Source of the DNA: Phycisphaerae bacterium
GTDB taxonomy: Bacteria; Planctomycetota; Phycisphaerae; UBA1845
Reading direction: 5' to 3'
Length of the DNA stretch: 64,000 nt
NCBI GenBank assembly: GCA_020056715.1
Contig: JAGVHG010000140.1
Location: 5,039-69,038 of the forward strand
The first letter of the stretch is position 1, and each line of letters begins with the position of its first letter. A program made the position numbers and the translations under genes. Positions 22,744-33,277 of the stretch are shown one piece after another. The notes under the pieces are model-generated. The model did not search any database. It had not been told where the DNA came from and was given only the letters and a program-made list of their open reading frames with translations.

Positions 22744-23692
22744 GGGCGGTTTCTCGCGCGGCTCCCGGGACGACGTCTTGGGGTTCGGGCCGGGCGATAC
22801 GCACGAAAATGTCGTGGAGGGACGGGGTGGTCAACTCAAAATGCGTAACGCGACCGCACTTCATCAACTCGGCCAGCACATCCTGCGTATCCGTCTGTGG
22901 CGAAATGCGTAACTCCTGCAACTTGCCGAAGTCCGTCACCTTTTCCACGCCGGGAATTGTTCGAGCGTCGAACCCGTTGCCTTCGACTTTCACGCGGAGC
23001 GTGTCCGTTCCGTAGCGGTCCTGGATGGATTCGAGCGTGCCGTCGAGGACTTTTTCGCCCTTGTAGATCATGAAAATGAGGTCGCACATCCTCTCCGCGA
23101 CGGCCATGTCGTGGGTCGAGAAAATTACCGTCGAGCCGTTCTTCCGCAATTCGAGCACCGCGTCGCGGAGCACGTCGGCGTTGACCGGGTCCAGACCGGT
23201 GAACGGCTCATCGAGAATTACCAGTTCCGGATCTGCGATGACCGCGGAGATGAACTGCACTTTCTGGGCCATTCCCTTGGAAAGGGCTTCGACCTTTTTG
23301 TCCGCCCATTCGGACAATCCCATCCGCTCCAGCCAGGAATTGACTCGATCCTTGAAGTCGCGACAGCCCTTCAGCTCCGCGTAGAACCGCAGGATGTCGC
23401 GGACTTTCATTTTTTTGTAAAGCCCGCGTTCCTCCGGCAAGTACCCAACGCGGTCGTCGGCCGCTGTTTGCTTCGTCTCACCCAAGACGCGAATCCGTCC
23501 CGGTCCCGGGTCGGGGTGATAAATGCGCATGATCATGCGCAGCGTGGTCGTCTTGCCCGATCCGTTGGGGCCGATGAACCCGTAGATCGACCCCTTGGGG
23601 ACCGCCAGTGACAAGGCGTTGACAGCGGTGAAGCGTCCGAACGTCTTGGTGACGTTCTCGATTTCGACGACGTTCATAGTCGGTTCAACCAT
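22736..23692 (-). CDS. ABC transporter ATP-binding protein
   Basis: Motifs GPNGSGKTT, LSKGM, ILDEPF and PSLHDIF. Confidence 0.93.
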   Translation of the reverse strand: MVEPTMNVVEIENVTKTFGRFTAVNALSLAVPKGSIYGFIGPNGSGKTTTLRMIMRIYHPDPGPGRIRVLGETKQTAADDRVGYLPEERGLYKKMKVRDILRFYAELKGCRDFKDRVNSWLERMGLSEWADKKVEALSKGMAQKVQFISAVIADPELVILDEPFTGLDPVNADVLRDAVLELRKNGSTVIFSTHDMAVAERMCDLIFMIYKGEKVLDGTLESIQDRYGTDTLRVKVEGNGFDARTIPGVEKVTDFGKLQELRISPQTDTQDVLAELMKCGRVTHFELTTPSLHDIFVRIARPEPQDVVPGAARETAHA

Positions 23693-23836
23693 CCAACCGG
23701 GCGGAGGCGCGTCTACGTTCGCCTCGGTAACGCATCGCCATCCTACCGGCCGGCGGCATTCGCCTCAATACGATAGTTGTCGAGAGGTGTTTGTTCTTGT
23801 CGAGCTACTGAAACGGTTCTTGACGTGCATACGAGG

Positions 23837-24943
23837 TCACGTTCGCACGCGATCGAGGAGCACCATGGCCAGGGTTCCGAAGACGAAAATCGGAATCCAG
23901 GCGGGCAGGGCGGACGCCGTTTCGGAGCGGATGTTTTGGGCGATGAAGGTTACGACGTAACACAGCCCGCAGACCAGCAGGCATCGGCCCGCGTCGCCCA
24001 GCACGTTGGCCGGCGAGCGATCGAGAAAGAAGGGCAGCCCCAACAAGAGCAGCAGCAGGCTCACGATCGGCGCCGCGATGCGCGAATGTCGCGTCTGGAT
24101 GATCGACGCTCGATCGGCGGTTTGATCGGTCTCCAATTCTCGCAACTGGGCGAGGCTCAAGAAGCGGAGCCAACCCTGCGATTGTCGAAGCTCGATCGCT
24201 TCGGGACTCAGATCACTTTCGTAATACGTGGGGTAGGTGATGCGCTGGTCTTCGCGGGGGCCAAGTCCCGTCTCCGCCCCGGCCAAACGAGTTGTCAATC
24301 GTCCGCGATCGAGATGCCATCGTCCCTGCGGGCGAACCGAGCTTGGCGGCTCCCAGGTCGCGCGGTCGGCCTCCCACGTCTGCACCACCGAGCCGTCTTC
24401 GTTGCGCACCAGAATCAGAAGTCGCTCCAAATCATGGCTGCCAGGGTTGAACTTGCCGGCGGATAAGAGGGCGCCGCCTTTGTCGCGCAGGAAAAGGACT
24501 TCATACGCCAGTTTCCCGGCGGCGTCGTCGTGATACCGCGAGAGTTTGTGGGCCACCGCGGGAACGAGCCACTCCGTATCGACCACCAACAGTCCGGTCA
24601 CTACCGCGCCGAAGATCAGCACCGGTCGGGCTACGCGATACAGGCTAACGCCCGAGGATAGAATGGCGGTCATCTCGTTCAACTTCCGCATCCGCGCCAA
24701 CACGGCCGCGCAGGCGAACAGCGTGATCACACCCGATAGCTGCGAAAAATACAACAATAAGTTCGGCGTGTAGTAGCTCACGATGTTGCCCAGGATGGTG
24801 AACACCGGCTCGCGCTGCTCGGTGAACTCGTCCATGTTGACGAACATGTCGAGAACCACGTAGAGGCTGAGCATGACGCCCAACCCGATCAAGTAGTTTA
24901 CCAGGAGCGAGCGGAGCAGATAGCGATCCAACACGGTCAGCAT
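23837..24943 (-). CDS. lptG: LptF/LptG family permease (LptG-like)
   Basis: Starts MLTVLDRYLL; NEMTAILSSGVSLYRV; 3 TMs, a periplasmic domain, then 3 TMs. Confidence 0.8.
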   Translation of the reverse strand: MLTVLDRYLLRSLLVNYLIGLGVMLSLYVVLDMFVNMDEFTEQREPVFTILGNIVSYYTPNLLLYFSQLSGVITLFACAAVLARMRKLNEMTAILSSGVSLYRVARPVLIFGAVVTGLLVVDTEWLVPAVAHKLSRYHDDAAGKLAYEVLFLRDKGGALLSAGKFNPGSHDLERLLILVRNEDGSVVQTWEADRATWEPPSSVRPQGRWHLDRGRLTTRLAGAETGLGPREDQRITYPTYYESDLSPEAIELRQSQGWLRFLSLAQLRELETDQTADRASIIQTRHSRIAAPIVSLLLLLLGLPFFLDRSPANVLGDAGRCLLVCGLCYVVTFIAQNIRSETASALPAWIPIFVFGTLAMVLLDRVRT

Positions 24944-25033
24944 CGAACATTCATCCAGGCCGACTGCTCGGCCCAACGCTCACGGGCGTGGACGCTCCCT
25001 CCTCGGTCGCGTCGTCCGACGGTCCTGACGCCC

Positions 25034-26662
25034 TTAACGCCGCAGTACGCGGGCCAGCGTCCACCAATCCAATGCCGCCACCACGGCGATGCCCGCCCAG
25101 ATCAGCAGCAACCCGACTACGTGGGTGTTCGCGTTGCTCGCCAGTTGCCGGCCAGTAACGATGGTGATGATTACGATGAGGGACGGGACGAAACTGATCC
25201 CGAACGCCATCAGCACGTGTGAGCCGCGGAACACAATTCCCAACGCCGCCCCCAAAATCACCAACCCGAATACGCTGATGCTATAGGCCGTGCGTTCGTG
25301 GATCGTGGCGATGATCTTCCGCACCACGGCGCCGAGTACGTCGCGTGCCCGGTCGCGACGCTCCGAGAGCGGGTCGGTCAGCCCCAACGCCCTTGAGCGT
25401 TGGGGCGAGAGTTCAACCTGGACCCCGGAGGCATCCTCCCGTAGCAGATCGTTTTCGGAAAGATTCGCCACACGTTGTAACCACTGCGGCGACAGGGTCA
25501 TCGGACCGAGCATTTCCTTGACCCGAGGGACGGACGTCGTCCCGTCCCGCATGTGAACCTCGAAAAGCTCGATCTGCAGGCCGCTCTGCTCGAACGTGTC
25601 ACCCTGTGACAGGTCGATCGTCGCCCGTTTCGCGGTGTACGTGCGGCGTCGTCCCTGCCGCTCTTCATCCACTGTAACGTCGGTCAGCTCCACGCCGCCG
25701 TCTCGCGGGATGCGAGCGGCTTTCTCGGCGCGGACCGTATAACGTCCGGCAACATCAGAAAGTGCTATTTGTTTGTCATTATTCCAGTCGGCGAGTAGTT
25801 CGTCATAGACCATACGCTTGCCGATGCTCGTCCGCAGGCGGGCGAAAGCGTCGGCCACTTGGTGCCAACGGCTCGGGTCCGCCCAATAGTTGAACAACTC
25901 GCCGAGGGTGAGAAACTTGATCTGTGGCGGAAGCAAGGTGGGAAGCTCGTTGGGCGGGATATTCTGTTCGGCAAGGTCCGCGAACCGTCCCGCGCGGCGG
26001 TCATAGAAACTCAGCCCGGACATCGAACCCGACGCCCGGAGCCGGACTTCATCCCGGTCGAACCGTAAACTGATCTGCCGAGCGGTGCCGTAACGTACCC
26101 ACTCCTCTCCGTCCACTTCGACGAACGCCACACGGCTGAGGACCACGCGGTCGCTTTGCGCGAAATCCACCGCACTGTCGTCAGCATAAATGCGGTATCG
26201 ACCGCCCAAGGTTATCCCGCGTGGACGATTGAGCTTCTGTTGGATGAAAGCGCCAACGTCCGCCCCGATGAACTCGTTGAGGTTCCGCACCATGCCGGGG
26301 ATCAAGAAGTTAATGAACGCGAAGGTTACGACCGCCGACGCCAAACTGAGAACGACGGTGGGGAAGAACAGTACGTGCAGGTTGATGCCGCTGCTGCGGC
26401 AGGCGACGAACTCGTTGTCGGCACTGAGCCGACCATACGTCGCCGCGGCGCTGAACAAGGCCGCGATGGGGAGGGTCAACGCCGCGGCCACGGGAAGCAC
26501 CAACCCCATCATGCGAAAGAGCTGCCCGGGGGTCACTTCCCCCAATTTGATCATTTCCAATACCCCGCCACCCAGACCGAGGATACCTGTCAGGGCCGCA
26601 GCGGTCAGCAAAAAAGTCTTGCCCATCTCGCGGAAGATGTATTTCTGGAGTGTCCAGGGCAT
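25034..26662 (-). CDS. lptF: LptF/LptG family permease (LptF-like)
   Basis: Starts MPWTLQKYIFRE; YGRLSADNEFVACRSSGI. Confidence 0.82.
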   Translation of the reverse strand: MPWTLQKYIFREMGKTFLLTAAALTGILGLGGGVLEMIKLGEVTPGQLFRMMGLVLPVAAALTLPIAALFSAAATYGRLSADNEFVACRSSGINLHVLFFPTVVLSLASAVVTFAFINFLIPGMVRNLNEFIGADVGAFIQQKLNRPRGITLGGRYRIYADDSAVDFAQSDRVVLSRVAFVEVDGEEWVRYGTARQISLRFDRDEVRLRASGSMSGLSFYDRRAGRFADLAEQNIPPNELPTLLPPQIKFLTLGELFNYWADPSRWHQVADAFARLRTSIGKRMVYDELLADWNNDKQIALSDVAGRYTVRAEKAARIPRDGGVELTDVTVDEERQGRRRTYTAKRATIDLSQGDTFEQSGLQIELFEVHMRDGTTSVPRVKEMLGPMTLSPQWLQRVANLSENDLLREDASGVQVELSPQRSRALGLTDPLSERRDRARDVLGAVVRKIIATIHERTAYSISVFGLVILGAALGIVFRGSHVLMAFGISFVPSLIVIITIVTGRQLASNANTHVVGLLLIWAGIAVVAALDWWTLARVLRR

Positions 26663-26871
26663 AGGTGGATCGAAATGGTACGCTGGTTGCCGTCGCTTGC
26701 AACTCGTCGCCACCGCATAACTCGATCAGAAGACGCTGAACGGATTCCGTGATCTGCACGAGGTGACCGTCTGCTGACCGCACCACGACCCATTGCAGGC
26801 TCGGATCGCCGCTTCTATACTCGTGCGAAGCATGAGGATGACAGTCCCAAACGTGTTTTCGGCGAATTGAT

Positions 26872-27099
26872 ATGCCCGTGTATGAATATGTATGCCAAGC
26901 GTGCGGACACGAGTTCGAGGAGTTTTCTCGTTCGATGACGAATTCGTTAGTTGTGACGTGTCCCGCCTGCGAAAAACGGACCGCGGAGCGCAAGCTAAGC
27001 GTGTTCGCCGCGCGACTTGGGGCGTCGAAACCGGTGGGAATGAGCGCCGGCACTGCCTGTAACCGATGTAGGGATCCCAATGGCCCTTGTTCCGCCTGA
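26872..27099 (+). CDS. FmdB-family zinc-ribbon protein
   Basis: MPVYEYVCQACGHEFE...CPAC...RKLS. Confidence 0.9.
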   Translation: MPVYEYVCQACGHEFEEFSRSMTNSLVVTCPACEKRTAERKLSVFAARLGASKPVGMSAGTACNRCRDPNGPCSA

Positions 27100-27583
27100 A
27101 CCTGCGACCAACCCCGCTGCCGTGGCGTACGCGCCTCGAAACGCCCTGTTGACTGGGCCGATCGCGGGGTTCCTTGCCTGGCTCGTGCCCGGTCTGGGTC
27201 ACATTTATCTTGGACACCGCGTCCGCGGCGTTGTTTGCTTGGTCACGATCACGGTGACGTTCTGGACCGGCGTGGCGATCGGCGGAGTGCAAGCGACCGT
27301 TGACCCGCATGAGCGGTCTTTTTGGTTCATGGCCCAGATTTGCACGGGGGGCAATACGCTCGCCGCCTACGGCCTCCACCGTGTCGTTGAACCGCAGCTA
27401 GCGGCCGGACAGCGACCCGTCGCCGCTTTGGCCCATTGGCTGTCCTCCGAAGTCGGCGTCCACTATACAGGTGTTGCGGGCTTACTGAACTTGCTAGTCA
27501 TCCTCGACGCCCTCGGTCGGGCCGATGCACCTTCCCCGAAGCGCACTCGCCGCGATCACCCACCCGGCGCTCCACGACCATGA
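27080..27583 (+). CDS. DUF6677-like membrane protein
   Basis: LAWLVPGLGHIYLG...Y..VAGLLNLLVILDA. Confidence 0.75.
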   Translation: MALVPPEPATNPAAVAYAPRNALLTGPIAGFLAWLVPGLGHIYLGHRVRGVVCLVTITVTFWTGVAIGGVQATVDPHERSFWFMAQICTGGNTLAAYGLHRVVEPQLAAGQRPVAALAHWLSSEVGVHYTGVAGLLNLLVILDALGRADAPSPKRTRRDHPPGAPRP

Positions 27584-27804
27584 CTCTTGTCGCGTTATTC
27601 ACCACGGCGATCGAGCTAACCAGCGCGCAGCGGTTTTTACTGATGCTGCCCTTGTGCCTCAGCCTCGCAGTGGTCTACAAAACGATTCGCCTGGAGGACG
27701 TCCGTGCCATACCGGCGGCCTCTTTGATTCTTTCGGCGACCATTGTTCTGGCGATGTGCGCCATCGCGGTCGGGTTATGGGCCGTGTTTTCCATTATGGT
27801 TTAG
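27580..27804 (+). CDS. Small membrane protein
   Basis: ATGA overlap with the upstream gene; LLMLPLCLSLAVVYKTIR; two TMs. Confidence 0.7.
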   Translation: MTLVALFTTAIELTSAQRFLLMLPLCLSLAVVYKTIRLEDVRAIPAASLILSATIVLAMCAIAVGLWAVFSIMV

Positions 27805-27820
27805 CCTGTGTTCGAGCACT

Positions 27821-27850
27821 CCCTCTCCCTCTCTCCTCAAGGGGAGAGGA
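27821..27850. repeat. CCCTCTCCC/GGGAGAGG palindromic repeat
   Basis: CCCTCTCCCTCTCTCCTCAAGGGGAGAGG; related copy at 59665-59703. Confidence 0.6.
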
Positions 27851-27891
27851 GTTGCCGGAAAGGACCTAGTGCGACGACGCAACTAATCCTG

Positions 27892-27980
27892 GGGGTTGGA
27901 TGGCATGCCCAAGCTCGGCGTAGCCGAGCGCCGGCATGTTTTCCTTCGGCATGGCGGCGCTTCGTTTGGCCATGCCACCC
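27892..27980. repeat. Imperfect inverted repeat (TGGCATGGCCAA family)
   Basis: GGATGGCATGCCCAAG...TTGGCCATGCCACCC; related to GAGTGGCATGGCCAAG near 3293. Confidence 0.45.
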
Positions 27981-28020
27981 GAAAAAGGCTGCGTCGGATC
28001 ACTAGCCGCTGGGTTGCGAC

Positions 28021-28821
28021 ATGCCGGCGATTTCATCAACCGAAACGCTCGAGCCCGCCAGTGACGCGGCGGACCATGTGATCGAGGCCCGCCAACGAGC
28101 GCGCCAGGTGCTCGCCGGGGAGTCGCACATCGGCGCCGTCGATGATTGGCGCCGCGCCCTGGTCAGCGCCCGCGACGCGTTGATTTTCATATGGCTGGCC
28201 TGGGTGGCGCTGCACGGTTTCGGCGACCCTCCGTTTACGGGGTGGATGCTGGTGGCCCTCGCCGTCGCCCTCGCCTTACTTTTGGGCATTTCCACCGCCC
28301 GTTCCACGCATGCGCAGGTTCAATACTACGCCGCGGAACTGGATCGCGAACGAACAGAAATCCGCACCGACTTCGAGCATGAACGCGAGGAGGTCCGCGA
28401 GCTTTATGCCGCGAAGGGCTTCCGCGACCCGCTGCTGGAGCAGATCGTGGATACGCTTTCAGCCGACGACGACCGACTCCTCAAAGTAATGATGGAGGAG
28501 GAGCTGGGATTGTCGTTGTATCATGTCAATCACCCCTTGATCGTGGGGTTATGGAACTTCGGAGGGGCAGTCCTTGCGGGACTGGCCTTGGCCTTGCCAA
28601 CGGCCCTAATGTTCCCCGACTCGGCTCACTGGTGGATACCGCTCGGCGGTCTCGGACTCCTCGGCGTTATTTCCATCGTATCCGCCCGCGCGACCGGGCG
28701 CAGCATGATCGAGTTCTTTGCCGTGGGCGTAGTGATGGCCGTGGTCACCGGCGGCGTTGCCTACGCGCTGTCGCAGTGGTTCGCGCAGATCATCAGTGTG
28801 CCACTGTTGGTACAACAGTGA
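28021..28821 (+). CDS. VIT1/CCC1-family iron/manganese transporter-like protein
   Basis: ELDRERTEI...EREEVRELYAAKGF...MMEEELG cytoplasmic domain between TM bundles. Confidence 0.85.
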   Translation: MPAISSTETLEPASDAADHVIEARQRARQVLAGESHIGAVDDWRRALVSARDALIFIWLAWVALHGFGDPPFTGWMLVALAVALALLLGISTARSTHAQVQYYAAELDRERTEIRTDFEHEREEVRELYAAKGFRDPLLEQIVDTLSADDDRLLKVMMEEELGLSLYHVNHPLIVGLWNFGGAVLAGLALALPTALMFPDSAHWWIPLGGLGLLGVISIVSARATGRSMIEFFAVGVVMAVVTGGVAYALSQWFAQIISVPLLVQQ

Positions 28822-29134
28822 GTTGTAGCGAGATACCAATCTCCACGCACCAGCCCACTAGCCCGGTCCAATCGACCCACATCAATATCAAGCGCCAGGA
28901 GGTCGTAAAATAGGGGCACTTCTGAATAATTCGGGATAATCGCAGCGATGAGAACCGAGGGTCGCACATTGCGCCGGAACCGTTCGCGAGCCTATTCGAC
29001 GGGGTTGTCGTTGGCCGGCGTAGGTGTGCAGAACGTTCCTTCTCGCTCATTGTTCAGAAAGTGGGTATTCTGCGCCACGAAGTCGGCTCCGGTCGGCGCT
29101 TCACTCCGATTCATTGGTAATGGTAGTTGTCACG

Positions 29135-30058
29135 ATGGGGGCTATTCTGGAATGCGATCGGCTGACCAAGCGTTACGGCCGGATCGTCGCCCTCAAGGGA
29201 ATCACCCTGACACTCCAGCCCGGCATCGTCGGACTGCTCGGTCCCAACGGGGCGGGGAAGAGCACGCTCATCAGCGTCCTTCTCGGCCAAACACCCGTGA
29301 CCTCCGGAACGGCGACGGTGCTGGGCCTGGACATCCGGCGGCGACAGCGCGCCATCCGCCGCCGCGTCGGTTTTGTGCCGGAAAACGACTGCCTCATTCC
29401 AGGCATGTCCGGCACGGGGTATGTGTACTTTGCGGGGCGGTTGGCGGGCATGTCGCACGCCGACGCCATGCAACGTGCCCACGAGGTCCTCGATTACGTC
29501 GGGATGGAGGAGGCCCGCTACCGCCCGGCCGAGCAGTATTCGGCCGGAATGAAGCAGCGGCTTAAGCTGGCGCAGGCACTCGTCCATGACCCCGACCTCC
29601 TGTTCCTCGACGAGCCGACGAACGGCATGGACCCTCAAGGGCGGCAAGTCATGCTCTCACTCATCAGCGATCTGGGCCGCGCGGGGATCAGCGTCGTCCT
29701 CTCCAGTCATTTGCTCCCGGACGTCGAACGAGCATGTGAACGGGTCGTCATCATGGGCGGCGGCGAAGTGTTGACCGAGGGACACCTCGAAGAAATGAAT
29801 AAGCCGCATCCCACGTTGTATCGCGTGGATTTCCAGGGCGACACGACCAGCTTCCAGCGCCGGCTCACCGAGCGGACCGTGCGCGTACTCGAACAAAGTG
29901 ACGGTTGTTTTCAGATCGCCCTGCCCGAGGAAGGCTCGCAACGGCTCGTTTTTCAGGCGGCGCAGGACACCGGCACGAAACTCTTCGGTTTGCACCCCAA
30001 GCGAAGCTCGCTCGAGGAAACGTTCATGGCCGCAATCCAGAGGCAGCAGAACGCATGA
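29135..30058 (+). CDS. ABC transporter ATP-binding protein
   Basis: Motifs GPNGAGKST, YSAGMKQR, FLDEPT and SSH. Confidence 0.93.
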   Translation: MGAILECDRLTKRYGRIVALKGITLTLQPGIVGLLGPNGAGKSTLISVLLGQTPVTSGTATVLGLDIRRRQRAIRRRVGFVPENDCLIPGMSGTGYVYFAGRLAGMSHADAMQRAHEVLDYVGMEEARYRPAEQYSAGMKQRLKLAQALVHDPDLLFLDEPTNGMDPQGRQVMLSLISDLGRAGISVVLSSHLLPDVERACERVVIMGGGEVLTEGHLEEMNKPHPTLYRVDFQGDTTSFQRRLTERTVRVLEQSDGCFQIALPEEGSQRLVFQAAQDTGTKLFGLHPKRSSLEETFMAAIQRQQNA

Positions 30059-31062
30059 CCACGGCCTCGACAGATCGTGTGCATCAGTACCAGCGCTGGC
30101 AGGGCACGCTGGGCAAGACGCATTGGACCTGGCCGGCCATTGTCGTAAGCGGCATCAACTTATCGCTCCGGCATTCCAAGACGCGGATTCTTCTACTGAC
30201 CAGCGGAATGCCCGCGCTAACGGCCGTCGGAGTGTTCTACATCACTTCGCTGTTGGAGTCGGTGGTCGGCACGGAAGAGGCCAGGGGAATGTACGATTTT
30301 CTAAACGCACTTCTGCACATCGACATCCGGGGGATCAGCCAGCTCGCGGAATTCCGCGACGTGCTATGGCGCAGCACCTTCCTCATGATGGCCAGACTTC
30401 AGATGATATGGGTGCTGATTGTCGTGGCTCGCGTCGGCACTGGCGTGATCGCCAACGATTTGAAGGCGCGGGCGCTGCCTATTTACTTCGCCAAGCCCGT
30501 CACGCCCGCCACATACCTTCTGGGAAAATGGGCCGTTGTCGCATTCTTCGTTGCTCTTGTCACTTTGGTCCCAAGTCACGCCGCGTTCGCTTTGGGTATT
30601 GCCCTGACCGGCGGGCCGGGGACATGGGCTCAGGTGTTCACGCTCGCCGTTGATCTGACGGCAAGCGGTGCGTTGGTGTGTGTCGTTTCCGCAGCGGTCA
30701 TTCTCGCGCTTTCGAGCATTACATCTGACCAGCGTTACGTGACCGTCGCTTGGGTGGCGATTTGCCTCCTACCGGCTTTCGCCCAAGCCATCATCAGCGA
30801 ATCGCTTCCCGCGGACTCAAGAATGGGCTGGCTGGGATGCATCTCCTTGCGTGACGACATTGTGATTGTCATCGAGTATCTGCTTCGCATTCGGCAAGGG
30901 CTGGCCGCAACCTCGATGCCTGCGGAGCGGTTCGCCCAGGCCCTGGGAAGCCCGGTCGATCCCTCGAAGGCCGCCTTGGTTCTTGGGGCCCTAACGGTGG
31001 CGGCGATTGTTTTCAGTTGGCGGCGAGTGGTGCGGTTCTCGCGAACCGCGGCGACGGTTTGA
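30055..31062 (+). CDS. ABC-2 type permease
   Basis: IANDL..RALPIYFAKPV...YLLGK; multiple TMs; ATGA coupling. Confidence 0.82.
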   Translation: MTTASTDRVHQYQRWQGTLGKTHWTWPAIVVSGINLSLRHSKTRILLLTSGMPALTAVGVFYITSLLESVVGTEEARGMYDFLNALLHIDIRGISQLAEFRDVLWRSTFLMMARLQMIWVLIVVARVGTGVIANDLKARALPIYFAKPVTPATYLLGKWAVVAFFVALVTLVPSHAAFALGIALTGGPGTWAQVFTLAVDLTASGALVCVVSAAVILALSSITSDQRYVTVAWVAICLLPAFAQAIISESLPADSRMGWLGCISLRDDIVIVIEYLLRIRQGLAATSMPAERFAQALGSPVDPSKAALVLGALTVAAIVFSWRRVVRFSRTAATV

Positions 31063-31073
31063 GCGGGTGACCT

Positions 31074-32003
31074 GTGGCCGTCATTGAGTTAATCCAGCTT
31101 TCGAAGTGGTACGGCGAGGTCATCGGCCTCAACAACGTAACCGCCGAGATCGGCCCCGGCATCACCGGACTGTTAGGTCCCAACGGCGCCGGCAAATCCA
31201 CGTTGATGGGTTTGGCGACCGGCCAGCTCGGTCCCAGCAAAGGCGCCATCCGAGTCTTCGGCGGGTCTCCTTGGGACAATCCGCGCCTGCTCTCGCGGAT
31301 CGGATACTGTCCCGAGGGCGACCCATTCTGGTCGAACCTGACCGGTCATCAGTTCGTTCTGTTTCTCGCCAAAGTATCGGGGCTTCACGGCGGCGCCGCC
31401 CGCCGCGCCGCGACGCAGGCCATCGAACGGACAGGGATGAGCCCCCACGCCGGACGGGCGATCCGCGGCTATTCCAAAGGAATGCGCCAGCGGATCAAGA
31501 TCGCCCAGACCCTCGTCCATTCCCCTGAATTGCTGATCCTGGACGAGCCTTTCACCGGCACCGACCCCATCGCCCGCCACGAACTGACCCATCTGTTTCG
31601 TGAATTGGCGGCGCAGGGAACGAACATCCTCGTGTCCAGCCACGTGCTCCACGAAGTCGAAGCCCTCACGCGGCAGATCCTCATGATCGACCACGGCCGA
31701 ATCGTCGCCCAGGGAGACGTGCAGGACGTGCGGCGGACCATGCTCGATCGCCCGCACGTCATCCGCGTACGCGTGGATCAACCGCGAAAACTCGCCTCGC
31801 GACTCGCGGGTTGGGAGATGGTCACGGGAGTCTCCGTTCCAGAGCCGGACACCGTTCTCTTCGAAACCCGCTCGCCCGAGGCTGCGTATGAGCGGCTCAC
31901 GACGCTTATCCTGGAAGACGGCTTGACCGTGCGCGAGGTCGCCGCGGCCGACGAAAGCCTGGAAGCCGTTTTCGGATATCTGACCCAGCGGAGCGCGAAA
32001 TGA
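31074..32003 (+). CDS. ABC transporter ATP-binding protein
   Basis: Motifs GPNGAGKST, YSKGMRQR and ILDEP. Confidence 0.93.
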   Translation: MAVIELIQLSKWYGEVIGLNNVTAEIGPGITGLLGPNGAGKSTLMGLATGQLGPSKGAIRVFGGSPWDNPRLLSRIGYCPEGDPFWSNLTGHQFVLFLAKVSGLHGGAARRAATQAIERTGMSPHAGRAIRGYSKGMRQRIKIAQTLVHSPELLILDEPFTGTDPIARHELTHLFRELAAQGTNILVSSHVLHEVEALTRQILMIDHGRIVAQGDVQDVRRTMLDRPHVIRVRVDQPRKLASRLAGWEMVTGVSVPEPDTVLFETRSPEAAYERLTTLILEDGLTVREVAAADESLEAVFGYLTQRSAK

Positions 32004-32851
32004 AACCGGCCTTCCCGATCGGAGCGATCGCCGCCCTGTTCCTCTTCACCATCAGGCAGATGCTGCGCGACGCGAAGTTCTGGGCGGTGGCGGCCGCGAT
32101 GTTTCTACCTTGTGCGCTTGCCCTGCTGATCCGGCACTTTCATCCTCCCATCAAGAGCCTTGATCCGGTGTGGCATCTCTATCACGGCCTGTCGCAGTTC
32201 ATGTTCCTCATGGGTCTCGTGCCCCTCGCCTGCATGATCTATGGGACGGGCTTGATCGGAACCGAAGCCGAATCGAAAACGATCGGGTATCTGATTACCC
32301 GCCGCCTTCGACGTCGCACCGTCTTGCTCACCAAGTTCGCCGCCACGACGCTTGTGCTGATCGTGGCTTGCGGTGTTGCAACTGCCGCGATTTACGCTTC
32401 CGTGGTATACCGTTTGGATTGGCAGTCGCTTGCCCCAAAGTCGGCGGCTCTCGCCCAATGGAACCCAGCCCACGAGTTGATTGTCTATCTAAGCGTCACC
32501 GCCCTCGGCGTGATCGGGTTCTTGGCGATCTTCAGCCTCATCGGCCTCTTGACCGCCAAACCGCTGGCGATGTCGGTATTTTACATGGTCGTCGTCGAGC
32601 TGGTCATCGGCAACCTGCCCGCCCGAGCAAGGGAGTACAGTCTGATCCATCAATTGCGCGTCAGCGCCGCGGCGTCGATCCCCCGCCTGGTCAACCTGTT
32701 TCAACTTCCCTCGGAGCTTAGCGCGCAGCTTTTCCCCGCCAATGGATCGGGTGTCCCCGAAGTGCTGATTGCATCCGCCGTCGCGCTCTTTCTCGCTTGC
32801 GTGCTCGTGACGGTGCGGGAATTGACACCTTCAAAAGTAGCCCGTGACTGA
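32000..32851 (+). CDS. ABC-2 type permease
   Basis: E.ESKTIGYLITR motif; about 6 TMs. Confidence 0.82.
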   Translation: MKPAFPIGAIAALFLFTIRQMLRDAKFWAVAAAMFLPCALALLIRHFHPPIKSLDPVWHLYHGLSQFMFLMGLVPLACMIYGTGLIGTEAESKTIGYLITRRLRRRTVLLTKFAATTLVLIVACGVATAAIYASVVYRLDWQSLAPKSAALAQWNPAHELIVYLSVTALGVIGFLAIFSLIGLLTAKPLAMSVFYMVVVELVIGNLPARAREYSLIHQLRVSAAASIPRLVNLFQLPSELSAQLFPANGSGVPEVLIASAVALFLACVLVTVRELTPSKVARD

Positions 32852-33277
32852 GGCATTGAGGCGTCGTAGCCTATCGGTGAAAAGTACCGTCAAGGTGTTG
32901 GAGGCGGAGGGTGAGGGAGTGGGGGTCAGGAAGACGAGGCGCGGGAGGCGGACACACGAGCAATCGCGTCGGTTGACGAAGCGGACAATGTCTTGTGACG
33001 AGGAGGCTCTTGGATCTACGCGACGTCTGGGGTATGAGGAAGGGACTTTGGCGGGCGTTTCCTCCCGTGCGGCACTCCATGCCGCGTTCGCCATCGCGTC
33101 GCGGAAGGAAACGACGGGGAAGATGGCCGGACCTTTCTGCGTTTTCCCCCAATACCGGCGCACAGGTTTTTACGCGAGGTTGGGCTGGGAACAACTGGGT
33201 TACCGTGCTAAGCTAGGTGTGCCTTGCGTCCCACGTTTGTGGCGCGATCGCAAGGGGACCTTGTAAGGAGAACATCC

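Noticed and set aside
32852-33270. Purine-rich intergenic stretch with short ORFs
   Set aside because: No convincing coding motif, repeat boundaries or stable structure could be identified by eye.
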